Assembly: GCA_965649295.1 (NCBI GenBank)
Contig: CBFGKH010000005.1
Span: 123,937 to 187,936, forward strand
Length of the DNA stretch: 64,000 nucleotides
Direction of reading: 5' to 3'
DNA from: a candidate division WOR-3 bacterium
Lineage (GTDB): Bacteria > Hydrothermota > Tepidihabitantia > Tepidihabitantales > Tepidihabitantaceae
Below are positions 19,629 through 27,769 of the stretch, one piece after another; position 1 is the stretch's first letter, and each line of letters begins with the position of its first letter. A program made the translations under genes and the position numbers. The notes beneath the pieces were generated by a model that was given only the letters and a program-made list of their open reading frames with translations, made no database searches and was not told where the DNA came from.

Positions 19629-20036
19629 ATGCCAAAATCGGTGGAGCAGATTTGTCGCAAGTATGAGGCCCGGTTGCGCGCCGGCCGGATGGGGCCAGTA
19701 AGCGAAGAGCGGGCAAGGCTGCAGTTGGCTAGGTTCCGTCAGGCAGTTGAGCACGACCGAGCGCTGGTTGACGTAACCAGTCAGGTGCTGGCTGCGCTGA
19801 CCGTGTCCTCAATTGAGTGGCCGTTCTACTACGGGCTGGTGCGGCAACTGGATAGGCTACAGCGGCGAGGATTCTCAGGGCTGACCCTGGCCCTCGAAGC
19901 ACGGCTGGCGATTGAACGTTGGGCACACCGCGGACTGGCACGGACCGTGCTCGAACGGCTTTGTCGGGACGTGCTGGGGATTGTGCCCCAGCCGTCGGTT
20001 AGGCCAGACCGGCCAGCCAGGCCTGGACGCGAGTAG
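19629..20036 (+). CDS. Paralog 3: full-length putative Adnaviria-MCP-like protein
   Basis: GGAGG RBS; KSVEQICRKYEARL N-helix; SQVL...PFYYGLVRQL.R...SG....EA....RWAHRGLAR.VLERLCRDV. Confidence 0.75.
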   Translation: MPKSVEQICRKYEARLRAGRMGPVSEERARLQLARFRQAVEHDRALVDVTSQVLAALTVSSIEWPFYYGLVRQLDRLQRRGFSGLTLALEARLAIERWAHRGLARTVLERLCRDVLGIVPQPSVRPDRPARPGRE

Positions 20037-20186
20037 CCGCTAAGGAGTAGAATATGAGCGTAAGCGAGTGCTGGCTAGGGGGCCGGCACGGCGCGTTTGT
20101 CTGAGTAACTGACTGGCGCCAGACAATAGGGGCGGTCGCTGGTCAGGTTTAGGTAGCAGTGGGGTTGGGAACTGGTGAGGTGAGGG

Positions 20187-20720
20187 ATGAGCGATGCAGA
20201 ACTGGTGGAGGGAATCCGAGCTGGTCGGATTGACTATGCGGTGCTCGTGAAGCGCTACGAAGGGACGGTACGCGGCTGGCTTTGGCCGCTGCTCCGTAGT
20301 TCGGCAGATGTGGATGAGGTCTGTCAGTGCGTGTTCATTCGCTCGTGGCTGCGGCTGGAGCGGTTCAATCCCGAGGCCGGCCTGAGCACCTGGCTGCGGC
20401 GACTGACAGAGCGGTTGGCCTTCAGTTTCCTGCGCCGTCGGCAGCGGCAGCCACTCGGACTGGACCAGCTAGCCGAAGCCGACCTGCCAGCGCAGGAAGG
20501 GCCAGCCGAGCAGGTCGAGCGCAGCATCACGGCGCAACGGCTTTGGCAACTGGTGAGCGAACTGCCCGAGCTTGAGCAGGAGACACTGCTTGACCGATTT
20601 CTCTTGGGGAGGACCTGGGTTGAGACCGGTCGGGACGTCGGCCGGAGCGAGCGGCAGGCGCGGTACTATGCTGCCCATGCCTTGGCTACGTTGCGCGAGC
20701 GGTTGATGAAAACAGGCTGA
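20187..20720 (+). CDS. ECF (sigma-70 group 4) RNA polymerase sigma factor
   Basis: MSDAELV...LVKRYE, region 2 ADVDEVCQ.VFIR.W..L.RF....GLSTWLRR, region 4 LPELEQE...HTH...ALATLRE; 177 aa. Confidence 0.85.
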   Translation: MSDAELVEGIRAGRIDYAVLVKRYEGTVRGWLWPLLRSSADVDEVCQCVFIRSWLRLERFNPEAGLSTWLRRLTERLAFSFLRRRQRQPLGLDQLAEADLPAQEGPAEQVERSITAQRLWQLVSELPELEQETLLDRFLLGRTWVETGRDVGRSERQARYYAAHALATLRERLMKTG

Positions 20721-20736
20721 TGCGAGCAGGACTGAG

Positions 20737-20769
20737 ACCGGGCCTGGCCGAGCGTCGGGCCCGGTTTTT
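20737..20769 (+). terminator. Intrinsic terminator after the ECF sigma gene
   Basis: ACCGGGCCTGGC-cgagc-GTCGGGCCCGGT 12-bp stem (2 G-U) followed by TTTT. Confidence 0.7.
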
Positions 20770-20805
20770 GCCAGGTTGGGCGCCGGCGAGCGTATGTAGG
20801 GTGAG
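20768..20805 (+). promoter_or_regulatory. Putative ECF-sigma promoter, copy 2
   Basis: TTGCCAGG-N12-GAGCGTATGTA-GGG-TGAG; 43 nt upstream of ATG 20849. Confidence 0.7.
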
Positions 20806-20848
20806 TGTTCGTGGATAACTCTCAACAACACGGAAGGGGGTGAGAGCA

Positions 20849-21226
20849 ATGCCGATCGATCCAACGCGACGGGTCGAGAACTGGGACTACGGCTTCGATA
20901 CAGCCGCGGTCAAGACCAAGGTTGATAAGAAGCGTCCCAGAATGCTGGCGCGGGTGCAGAGCCAGTTCCCGGCGCTGACAACGATGGAGGACGAGGTGAA
21001 GCAGGTGCTCGACGGGCTTGGCCTGCCGGTCATCCAGTACCCGTTCTACCTCAGCTATGGCCGTGAACTGTGGCGCATCACGCACGAGCGCAACATGTCG
21101 GGCGAGTCGGCCGCGATTGAGGCCGACATTCTGCTCAACAAGTGGGTTGCGCGCGGCCTGGTGCGCTCAGCACTGGAGAAGATCCGCAAGGATGTCTTCA
21201 ACATCAGTGCGCCGGTGACTCCGTGA
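20849..21226 (+). CDS. Paralog 4: full-length putative SIRV2/Adnaviria major-capsid-like DNA-coating protein
   Basis: 125 aa; RRVENWDYGF...P.MLAR.Q.QFP.LT.MEDEVKQVLDGLG......FYLSYGRELWR...SG...EA..LLNKWVARGL.R..LE.I..DVF; codon choice (TTC, TAC, AAC, AAG) resembles the highly expressed genes in the window. Confidence 0.8.
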   Translation: MPIDPTRRVENWDYGFDTAAVKTKVDKKRPRMLARVQSQFPALTTMEDEVKQVLDGLGLPVIQYPFYLSYGRELWRITHERNMSGESAAIEADILLNKWVARGLVRSALEKIRKDVFNISAPVTP

Positions 21227-21240
21227 GCGCAGCAAAGCCG

Positions 21241-21268
21241 GCCGGAGGCAGGCCTTCCTGCCTCCGGC
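21241..21268. terminator. Bidirectional hairpin between paralog 4 and the ABC permease
   Basis: GCCGGAGGCAGG-cctt-CCTGCCTCCGGC perfect 12-bp stem between convergent genes. Confidence 0.75.
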
Positions 21269-22089
21269 TACTCTTTTAGCCCGGCGCGGGCCTGAGACTG
21301 GACAATTTGCTTCTGGGCAGCGAAGAAGAGCAGGACCAAAGGAATGATGGCCATGGTCGTTGCCGCCATCAGCAGGGTGTAGTTGGTGCTCTGTTCGCGG
21401 GAGAAGTAGGCAAGCCCGACCTGGAGCGGTCGAATCCGGTCCGAATTGGTGACAATCAGCGGCCAGAAGAATGAGTTCCAGGAACTGATGATGTTGAAAA
21501 CGGTGATGGTGACAAGCGGGGCACGGCAGAGCGGAAGGACAATCCGGACCAGCACCCAGAAGTCAGAGCAGCCGTCAATGCGGGCTGCATCGAACAGGTC
21601 ATTAGGTAGCTGCTTTATGTGCTGGCGCAACAAGAAGATGGCAAAGATATTTACAATCCATGGAACTATCATTGCCGCATAAGTGTCAATCCAGCCGAGC
21701 CGGAATAGGATGGTATAGGACGGAACAAGATAGACCGGCAGCGGAATCATCATCAAGGCGAGAAAGCCCATAAAGAGCACCTCGCGGCCCGGGAACCGGA
21801 ACAGAGCAAAGGCGTAGGCAGCGAGCAAACCGGTGATGAGTACGCCGGTGAGGCTGGCAAAGGCGACAAAGACAGTATTGAGCAAGTAGCGCCAGAGTGG
21901 TATCTGGCGGAACACCTCAAGGTAGTTGCTAAACTGGGGTGATGCCGGCCACCAGGTCGGTGGAAACTGGAGCGCTTCGATCGGGGTCTTGAGCGAGGTC
22001 GAGACCATCCAGTAGAAGGGCAGGACCATGGCCACGCCGCCAACGATGAGCAGCAGGTGGATGGGGATGTTGCGAGTGCGTATGGTCAT
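21268..22089 (-). CDS. Carbohydrate ABC transporter permease (MalG/UgpE-like)
   Basis: PFYWMVSTSLK, DAARIDG EAA loop, WNSFFWP. Confidence 0.95.
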   Translation of the reverse strand: MTIRTRNIPIHLLLIVGGVAMVLPFYWMVSTSLKTPIEALQFPPTWWPASPQFSNYLEVFRQIPLWRYLLNTVFVAFASLTGVLITGLLAAYAFALFRFPGREVLFMGFLALMMIPLPVYLVPSYTILFRLGWIDTYAAMIVPWIVNIFAIFLLRQHIKQLPNDLFDAARIDGCSDFWVLVRIVLPLCRAPLVTITVFNIISSWNSFFWPLIVTNSDRIRPLQVGLAYFSREQSTNYTLLMAATTMAIIPLVLLFFAAQKQIVQSQARAGLKE

Positions 22090-22107
22090 GGGCAGCAGGG
22101 ATTACTC

Positions 22108-23055
22108 TTAGCCATACTGTACCCGTCGTTCGAGAACGACACGTTGGAGGATGGTAAGCCCGAGGATGATGACGAAGGCGATAAAGGCAATCGAAGCGCC
22201 GTACCCAAGCCGCCAGAGTTCGAAAGAGTTCTCGTAGAAGTAATACATCACGACCTTGGTGGTTGAGAGCGGGCCACCGGCTGGCGGACCGGTCATAATC
22301 CAGACTTGGGCAAAGGTCTCAAAGGCCGCGATGCAGCTCATGATTAGGACATAATAGGTGGTCGGTGATATCAGCGGCCAGGTGATATGGCGGAACATGG
22401 CCAGCCGGCCAGCGCCGTCAATCCGGGCTGCCTCGTAATAGGTTTTGGGGATGTTTTGCAGTCCGGCGAGAAAGATGACAACGTTGTAGCCGATTGACTT
22501 CCAGATGCCCATCATGACGAGGGAGAGGAGTGCAACCGACGGGCCGCGCAACGCCTCGGGTAGGTTGACCCTGGCGCCAACGATTAGCTGGAACAGACCG
22601 CGTGGGTCCTGGAGCCAGCGCAGGCCGTCAAGGCCAACGAGCGAGAGCAGGTAGTTGAGCAGACCGCGGTCCGGCTGCAGAATCCAGCGCCAGACAACCG
22701 AGACTGCGACGATTGAGGTGACAACCGGCAGGTAGTAGATGGTGCGATAGATGCCAAGGCCACGAATCCGCTGGTTGAGCAGAATGGCGATGAAGAGCGA
22801 GATGAGCAGGGTGCAGGGTACTTCAAAAATGATGTACCAGCCGGTGTTGAGCAGTGACTTCCAGAAAACCGGGTCGCGCAGCACCGCGCCATAATTGGCC
22901 AAGCCGAGGAACTGGCGGGCACCGGCCATGCCCCAGTCGTAGAGGCTCATCCGCACCGAAAGGATGATCGGGACTACACGAAAGGTGAGCAGGATGACCA
23001 GGGCTGGTGCCAGATAGGCCCAGGCCGAGAGGGTCTGTCGCGTCTTGCGGGTCAT
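22108..23055 (-). CDS. Carbohydrate ABC transporter permease (MalF/UgpA-like)
   Basis: FLGLANY, YEAARIDGA EAA loop, GYGASIA. Confidence 0.95.
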   Translation of the reverse strand: MTRKTRQTLSAWAYLAPALVILLTFRVVPIILSVRMSLYDWGMAGARQFLGLANYGAVLRDPVFWKSLLNTGWYIIFEVPCTLLISLFIAILLNQRIRGLGIYRTIYYLPVVTSIVAVSVVWRWILQPDRGLLNYLLSLVGLDGLRWLQDPRGLFQLIVGARVNLPEALRGPSVALLSLVMMGIWKSIGYNVVIFLAGLQNIPKTYYEAARIDGAGRLAMFRHITWPLISPTTYYVLIMSCIAAFETFAQVWIMTGPPAGGPLSTTKVVMYYFYENSFELWRLGYGASIAFIAFVIILGLTILQRVVLERRVQYG

Positions 23056-23519
23056 GAGCGGTTAGCAAACACGGTACGGATGGCAGAAGCGGCAGCCTCA
23101 GCCTGTTGGCGCGGGACAACGAAGGCGGTTGCGCCACTGCCGGCCGGTGATACCAGCAGCAGCGAACAGGCCTGGCTGACGGCCCTGATAACGGTTGGGA
23201 GGAGCTCAGTACGTGTTTGCACCGAATCCCAAGGCAGCAGTAGCAGGGCTACATCAGTGTCAACAGCAATGCCTGATGCCTGATACTCAGCCAGATGGCT
23301 TTCGAGGTGGCCGACGACCAGGTCCAGACCACTAGTCGGATAGACGCTGACCAGGTCAAATGTCGGTTCAGACTGATGGGCGGTGAGGCTTGGTTCGCAG
23401 AGCGGGCCCAGCCGACCAATATCGGTTAGTAGTGCCGACTTCTTGTCGGCCCGGTTCGAGGCTGAACGAACGGTGATGAGCGCAACATCACGGCGGAGCT
23501 CAATGAGCGGACTCATCAC
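23052..23519 (-). CDS. Hypothetical protein (possible tandem ACT-like fold)
   Basis: Overlaps permease start; alternating beta/alpha pattern (DVALITV...DVALLLL...[13 protein letters not shown]); own TTGACT-16-TATACT promoter. Confidence 0.5.
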   Translation of the reverse strand: MMSPLIELRRDVALITVRSASNRADKKSALLTDIGRLGPLCEPSLTAHQSEPTFDLVSVYPTSGLDLVVGHLESHLAEYQASGIAVDTDVALLLLPWDSVQTRTELLPTVIRAVSQACSLLLVSPAGSGATAFVVPRQQAEAAASAIRTVFANRS

Positions 23520-23596
23520 GGTTGGCCGAGTATAGCGAGCAGCAGCGACCAGTCAAACGCTTCTTGACCCGCAGAGGCGAAGACCTAGAATCTGGC

Positions 23597-24688
23597 GTGC
23601 GCACCGGCGTTGCATCGCTGCCACTGCATTGGGGTACAGCGCCGCGCTGGCTGTTTGAACGGATGGTGCGGCTGTGCCGGGCAGTGACCGAAGTGATTGT
23701 TGCCGAGTTCGGGCCGGATGAACTGCTGCGGCGGGTAAGTGACCCAGTCTGGTTTCAGAGCCTTGGTTGTGTGCTCGGTTTTGACTGGCACTCTTCGGGC
23801 GTGACAACCACGGTCTGCGGTGCTCTGAAGGAAGCGGTCAAGGACAGCGAGGCCGAGCTCGGACTCTTTGTCTGTGGCGGCAAAGGTGGAGCCTCGCGCC
23901 GGACGCCGATTGAACTGGGTCACCAGGCTGAGAGGTTTGGCCTGGATGGTGACGCGCTGGTGCGGGCAAGCCGACTTAGCGCCAAGGTAGATTCGGCCGC
24001 ATTGCAAGACGGGTACGAGCTCTATCATCACGTCTTTATCGGCACGACCCGTGGCCGTTGGGCAGTTGTCCAGCAAGGCATGAATACCATAACCCGGCTG
24101 GCCCGACGCTACCACTGGCTGGCCGAAGGATTGGAGGACTTTACCTGCGAGCCGCACCAGGCAATTGCCTGTAACAGCCGGGGCACGGTCCTCAACACAG
24201 TCGCTGCCGAGGCTGCGGAACTACGAACTGCTACGGTGACCATCGCCCAAGCTCGACCCGAGGTGACGGTGCGTGAGTATAGTCGTGTACGCGCCATCGA
24301 AATGCCGCAGCAGCATCCGCTGACACTAGCTGACGTAAGGCCGGCTCATCTTGCCAAGGTGTTGGTCTCCACCTACGAACACCCGCCAGCCGATTTTGCT
24401 GACCTACTGTTGCGGCCGGGAGTGGGCCCGAAGACGATCCGTGCCCTGGCACTGGTTGCTGAAGTGAGCTACGGAGCGAGGCTCAGCTTTCGTGACCCGG
24501 TCACCTACTCCTTTGCTTTGGGTGGTAAGGACGGTTGGCCCTATCCGGTGAACCGGCAGGTCTATGACCAGACGACCGCACTGCTGGAGCGAGCAGTACG
24601 ACAGGCTAGGCTCGGTCGCGCCGAAAGTCTGGCAGCGCTGCGCCGGCTCGAGCAGTGGTCAGCACTAGTCGGGCGGGTAGCATCGTGA
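23597..24688 (+). CDS. DUF763 family protein
   Basis: [54 protein letters not shown]. Confidence 0.9.
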   Translation: MRTGVASLPLHWGTAPRWLFERMVRLCRAVTEVIVAEFGPDELLRRVSDPVWFQSLGCVLGFDWHSSGVTTTVCGALKEAVKDSEAELGLFVCGGKGGASRRTPIELGHQAERFGLDGDALVRASRLSAKVDSAALQDGYELYHHVFIGTTRGRWAVVQQGMNTITRLARRYHWLAEGLEDFTCEPHQAIACNSRGTVLNTVAAEAAELRTATVTIAQARPEVTVREYSRVRAIEMPQQHPLTLADVRPAHLAKVLVSTYEHPPADFADLLLRPGVGPKTIRALALVAEVSYGARLSFRDPVTYSFALGGKDGWPYPVNRQVYDQTTALLERAVRQARLGRAESLAALRRLEQWSALVGRVAS

Positions 24689-25632
24689 AATCAGACCGAC
24701 GACGCTTCCCACCCGAGTTCATCCGTCGCTACGAGCAGATTGTTCCCGACTTTGCTGAGTTTCTGGCCGCGATGCAGGCACCTTTGCTGCGCACCGCCCG
24801 CGTCAATCTGCTCAAGGCTGAGCCAGAACAGGTCTTCACTTTGCTTGCCGACCTTGGCCCTAGACCCCTGCCGTGGTATCCGCACGGGTTCACAGTCGAG
24901 CAGGGCGAGAAGCTGGGCCGGCGCATCGAGCATTTCATCGGTCTCATCTACGTTCAGGAAGCAGCTTCAATGGTGCCGCCATTGATTCTTGCTCCAGAGC
25001 CAGGAGAACGCGTCCTGGACCTGGCAGCAGCGCCCGGTTCTAAAACGACGCAGATGGCCGGAATGATGCGCAATACTGGACTCTTGATTGCCAATGATTC
25101 GTCACCGGTGCGGGTGCGAGCGTTGATTGGTAATGTCGATCGCGCCGGCTGCCTCAATACTGTCATCTGCCGTCAGGATGGCAGCGTGCTCGGCCGCGCC
25201 CTCAGTAATAGCTGTGACCGGGTACTGGTTGACGCCCCCTGCTCGTCAGAGGGTACGATTCGCAAGTCGGCCCAGGCCCTTGACTCGTGGAGTCCAAAGC
25301 AGTTTGAGGGGTTTGCGCGGGCCCAGCGGCGGCTGCTCGTCGCGGGGTTTACGGCACTCCGACCCGGCGGTCTCTTGGTCTATTCGACCTGCACCATTGC
25401 GCCTGAGGAGAATGAAGGGGTTATTGCCTGGTTCCTTGATCACCAGCCAGCAGCCGAGCTGCTTGATATTGAGCTGCCTGGACTGGTGATGCGCCCGGGC
25501 ATCAGTGCCTGGCTTGGAGTTGAGTATCAACCAGCGGTCCAACGTTGCCGTCGAATTCTACCACAGGATAACGATACCGAGCCGTTCTTTTTGGCGCTGA
25601 TTCGGAAGCGAGCCGATGCGTCAGCTAGCTGA
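24685..25632 (+). CDS. RsmB/NOP2/RsmF family RNA m5C methyltransferase
   Basis: [35 protein letters not shown]. Confidence 0.93.
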   Translation: MKSDRRRFPPEFIRRYEQIVPDFAEFLAAMQAPLLRTARVNLLKAEPEQVFTLLADLGPRPLPWYPHGFTVEQGEKLGRRIEHFIGLIYVQEAASMVPPLILAPEPGERVLDLAAAPGSKTTQMAGMMRNTGLLIANDSSPVRVRALIGNVDRAGCLNTVICRQDGSVLGRALSNSCDRVLVDAPCSSEGTIRKSAQALDSWSPKQFEGFARAQRRLLVAGFTALRPGGLLVYSTCTIAPEENEGVIAWFLDHQPAAELLDIELPGLVMRPGISAWLGVEYQPAVQRCRRILPQDNDTEPFFLALIRKRADASAS

Positions 25633-26026
25633 GATTGCTCGTCGGTTCGGTATCCCGGAATCGGCACTGGCCGGACTGCGCTGTATCAGTGAGCAGGAGA
25701 CAATTTTTATTGGCACCGTTGACGCTATGAATTTCGCGGCAGTGCGACCGATGCGGCGCGGACTGCGCCTCTGCCGGGTGTTTCCCCATTCAATCAAGCC
25801 GACAACGTTCGCCATGCAGGTGATTGGCCGCCAGGCCACTCGCAACATTATTGACGTGACAGGTGAGCAGGCCAGTCTGCTCATCAACGGTGGTGAGCTC
25901 CGGCTGGATGCTGCAGTCGAGAACGGATTCGTGCTGCTACGCTGGCAGGGTTTCATAATCGGCGTCGGTCACTATCGGCGGCCACTGCTGCGCTCGCAGA
26001 TTCCCCGCATCAGGCCCGTGGACTAG
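25616..26026 (+). CDS. Stand-alone NIP7/RsmF-C-terminal PUA-like protein
   Basis: GLRL......KPTTFAMQ.IG..AT.N.ID.......LI.G........GFV.L......IG.G; translationally coupled to the methyltransferase. Confidence 0.6.
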   Translation: MRQLAEIARRFGIPESALAGLRCISEQETIFIGTVDAMNFAAVRPMRRGLRLCRVFPHSIKPTTFAMQVIGRQATRNIIDVTGEQASLLINGGELRLDAAVENGFVLLRWQGFIIGVGHYRRPLLRSQIPRIRPVD

Positions 26027-26637
26027 CTTTCATCGAGCCAGCCCTGTCGCCGCAGTAGTTCATAAAGAACAATTGCCGCGGCCGTCGCAACATTGATTGA
26101 GTTCTTATAACCGGCGACTGGGATTTCGATCACTCCAGCGCAGGCAGCCAGCACCGCCGGCTCAACACCCAGTGCCTCGTTGCCAAAGACTAGGCCGACC
26201 GGCAGGTGGTAGTCGAAGCGGTGAAAAGGTGTTGCCGGGCTGGCAGTCTCGACTGCCAAGACTTGAACGCCCGACTGATGTAGCTGTCGAACCGCATCCA
26301 GCGTCTGTGGGCAGTGATGCCAGGGCACTGACCGGTGGGTACCCAGTGAGGTCTGTTCTAGTTTGGGATGAGGCGGATGAGCCGTGTAGCCGCAGGTGAT
26401 AACCGCGGCGGCGCGGGCGGCATCAGCCAGGCGAAAGATGGCGCCAACATTGAACGCACTACGCAGATTGTCGAGGACAAGATAGACTGGCCGACGCGGC
26501 AAACAGCGAAACTCTTCCGGCGAAAGGGTTGAATCTCGGCTGCGGACTTCGTAGTGAGTCTCAATGCCGTCCGGGGCATGCCAGCCCTGAAGTGAGCGGC
26601 CTGGCCGCCGCCGTAGCGGTGGCAGGTTTTGGTTCAT
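26023..26637 (-). CDS. TrmH/SpoU family RNA 2'-O-methyltransferase
   Basis: LDNLRSAFNVGAIFR, FGNEALG, SINVATA. Confidence 0.92.
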   Translation of the reverse strand: MNQNLPPLRRRPGRSLQGWHAPDGIETHYEVRSRDSTLSPEEFRCLPRRPVYLVLDNLRSAFNVGAIFRLADAARAAAVITCGYTAHPPHPKLEQTSLGTHRSVPWHHCPQTLDAVRQLHQSGVQVLAVETASPATPFHRFDYHLPVGLVFGNEALGVEPAVLAACAGVIEIPVAGYKNSINVATAAAIVLYELLRRQGWLDES

Positions 26638-27410
26638 CGCTGGGTAGTGCTAAATACCATAATTCTCTTTAGCGAATCTAGACCCCGAACACTTGCTCGT
26701 ACCAGGCCCTGATATAGCGCAATCATTGCTGCCTTATCGGTAAGCTCAACTAGGTCAAGGGCGGCTGACAATGTTGGACCGCTGGCGATGATTCCATGTC
26801 CAGGCCAAATCACTCCGGCATAGCGGCGTAGAGCAGCGCCGGTCAGCTCTGCTAGCTGAGCTGAACCGGGTGGTGCGAACCTCAGCGCAGTTATGCGATT
26901 GCGTAGTAAGGTTGGTCCCTCGGAGTGCATCCGGCTGAGCAAAGCTGGCAGTCGGCGATAAGGAATCAGCAGACTGAGCGCGACCGTCGCTGTTGGATGG
27001 AGGTGCAGCAGGACTCGATCCTCAGGCCGGCAGCCAATGAGGGTTCTCTGGCCAGCCAGATGGGCTAAATACTCGCTTGTGGGTCTGGCTGTCGGTGGCC
27101 AAATAGTAAGCTCAGTACCGGTAGTGCTGACACGGACAAGACAGATTCCTGGCACCGGTCGCCGTCTAATGTCACGCATTCTTGCACCGGTTTGTTTGAG
27201 CAGCAACGAGCAGCCAGCCAGTTCAGGATAGGGAAGAGGCAACGGTAATGAGCGGGCAGTAGCAGTCGAGATATCTGCTGACAATCGAATGGAGAAGTTG
27301 CCAGCTCCAGCTTCAGCCCAACCGCGTTCAGTTGCGAGGGTCGCGATTTCGGCTAACTCTTTGAACGTAGCTGCGGCAATCCGCTGCAACCGGTGAGCGA
27401 GTTTGGCCAC
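26634..27410 (-). CDS. Class II aldolase, rhamnulose-1-phosphate aldolase-like
   Basis: RGWAEAGAGNFS, PTSE..AH, HLHPT, PGS..LA, WPGHG metal-binding motifs. Confidence 0.8.
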   Translation of the reverse strand: MAKLAHRLQRIAAATFKELAEIATLATERGWAEAGAGNFSIRLSADISTATARSLPLPLPYPELAGCSLLLKQTGARMRDIRRRPVPGICLVRVSTTGTELTIWPPTARPTSEYLAHLAGQRTLIGCRPEDRVLLHLHPTATVALSLLIPYRRLPALLSRMHSEGPTLLRNRITALRFAPPGSAQLAELTGAALRRYAGVIWPGHGIIASGPTLSAALDLVELTDKAAMIALYQGLVRASVRGLDSLKRIMVFSTTQR

Positions 27411-27507
27411 GCTCGATAGTAGGCCAGTCGCCGCTCGATGTCAAAGTTAGTAGTAGCTTGACTTGACGGCCGCCAGTGTTACGATAGCCGGACGAAAGGA
27501 GTCACTC

Positions 27508-27762
27508 ATGCAGCAGTGGGAATACAAGTTCGTGCAGATTGACATCAACCTGAGCCCGATTCTGAAGCTTGCCAGATGGGGCGTTCAGGTGCCCGGTGAA
27601 AAGAAAGCGCGTGATACGATGGAAGGGGTCGAACGCTATGCTACTGAGCTAGGAGCTCAAGGATGGGAACTGGCCGCAATCGTCTCTGGCAGTGAGCAGA
27701 CCGGCATCATTACACGAGCAGTGATGTTCTTCAAGCGACCGGTGGTAGCCACCACCTCCTAG
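27508..27762 (+). CDS. DUF4177-like small protein
   Basis: AAGGAG RBS; WEYK...LGAQGWEL...FKRP. Confidence 0.8.
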   Translation: MQQWEYKFVQIDINLSPILKLARWGVQVPGEKKARDTMEGVERYATELGAQGWELAAIVSGSEQTGIITRAVMFFKRPVVATTS

Positions 27763-27769
27763 ACTTCTT

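Noticed and set aside
18557..19754. Long minus-strand ORFs (317, 210, 143, 135 aa) and the N-terminal 130 codons of ORF 18668..19423
   Set aside because: Pro/Ser/Gly/Arg-rich shadow frames of a G-skewed region. The plus-strand paralogs have clear SD sites and mutual similarity, and the real start is ATG 19058.
20071..20104. Possible third copy of the ECF promoter motif (TGGCTAGG...GCGCGTTTGTC)
   Set aside because: Several mismatches and a spacer one base shorter; too weak to call.
18000..21300. Intact prophage or integrated virus around the capsid-like genes
   Set aside because: No integrase, replication, packaging or lysis genes, and no att-like direct repeats noticed; the flanks are housekeeping genes.
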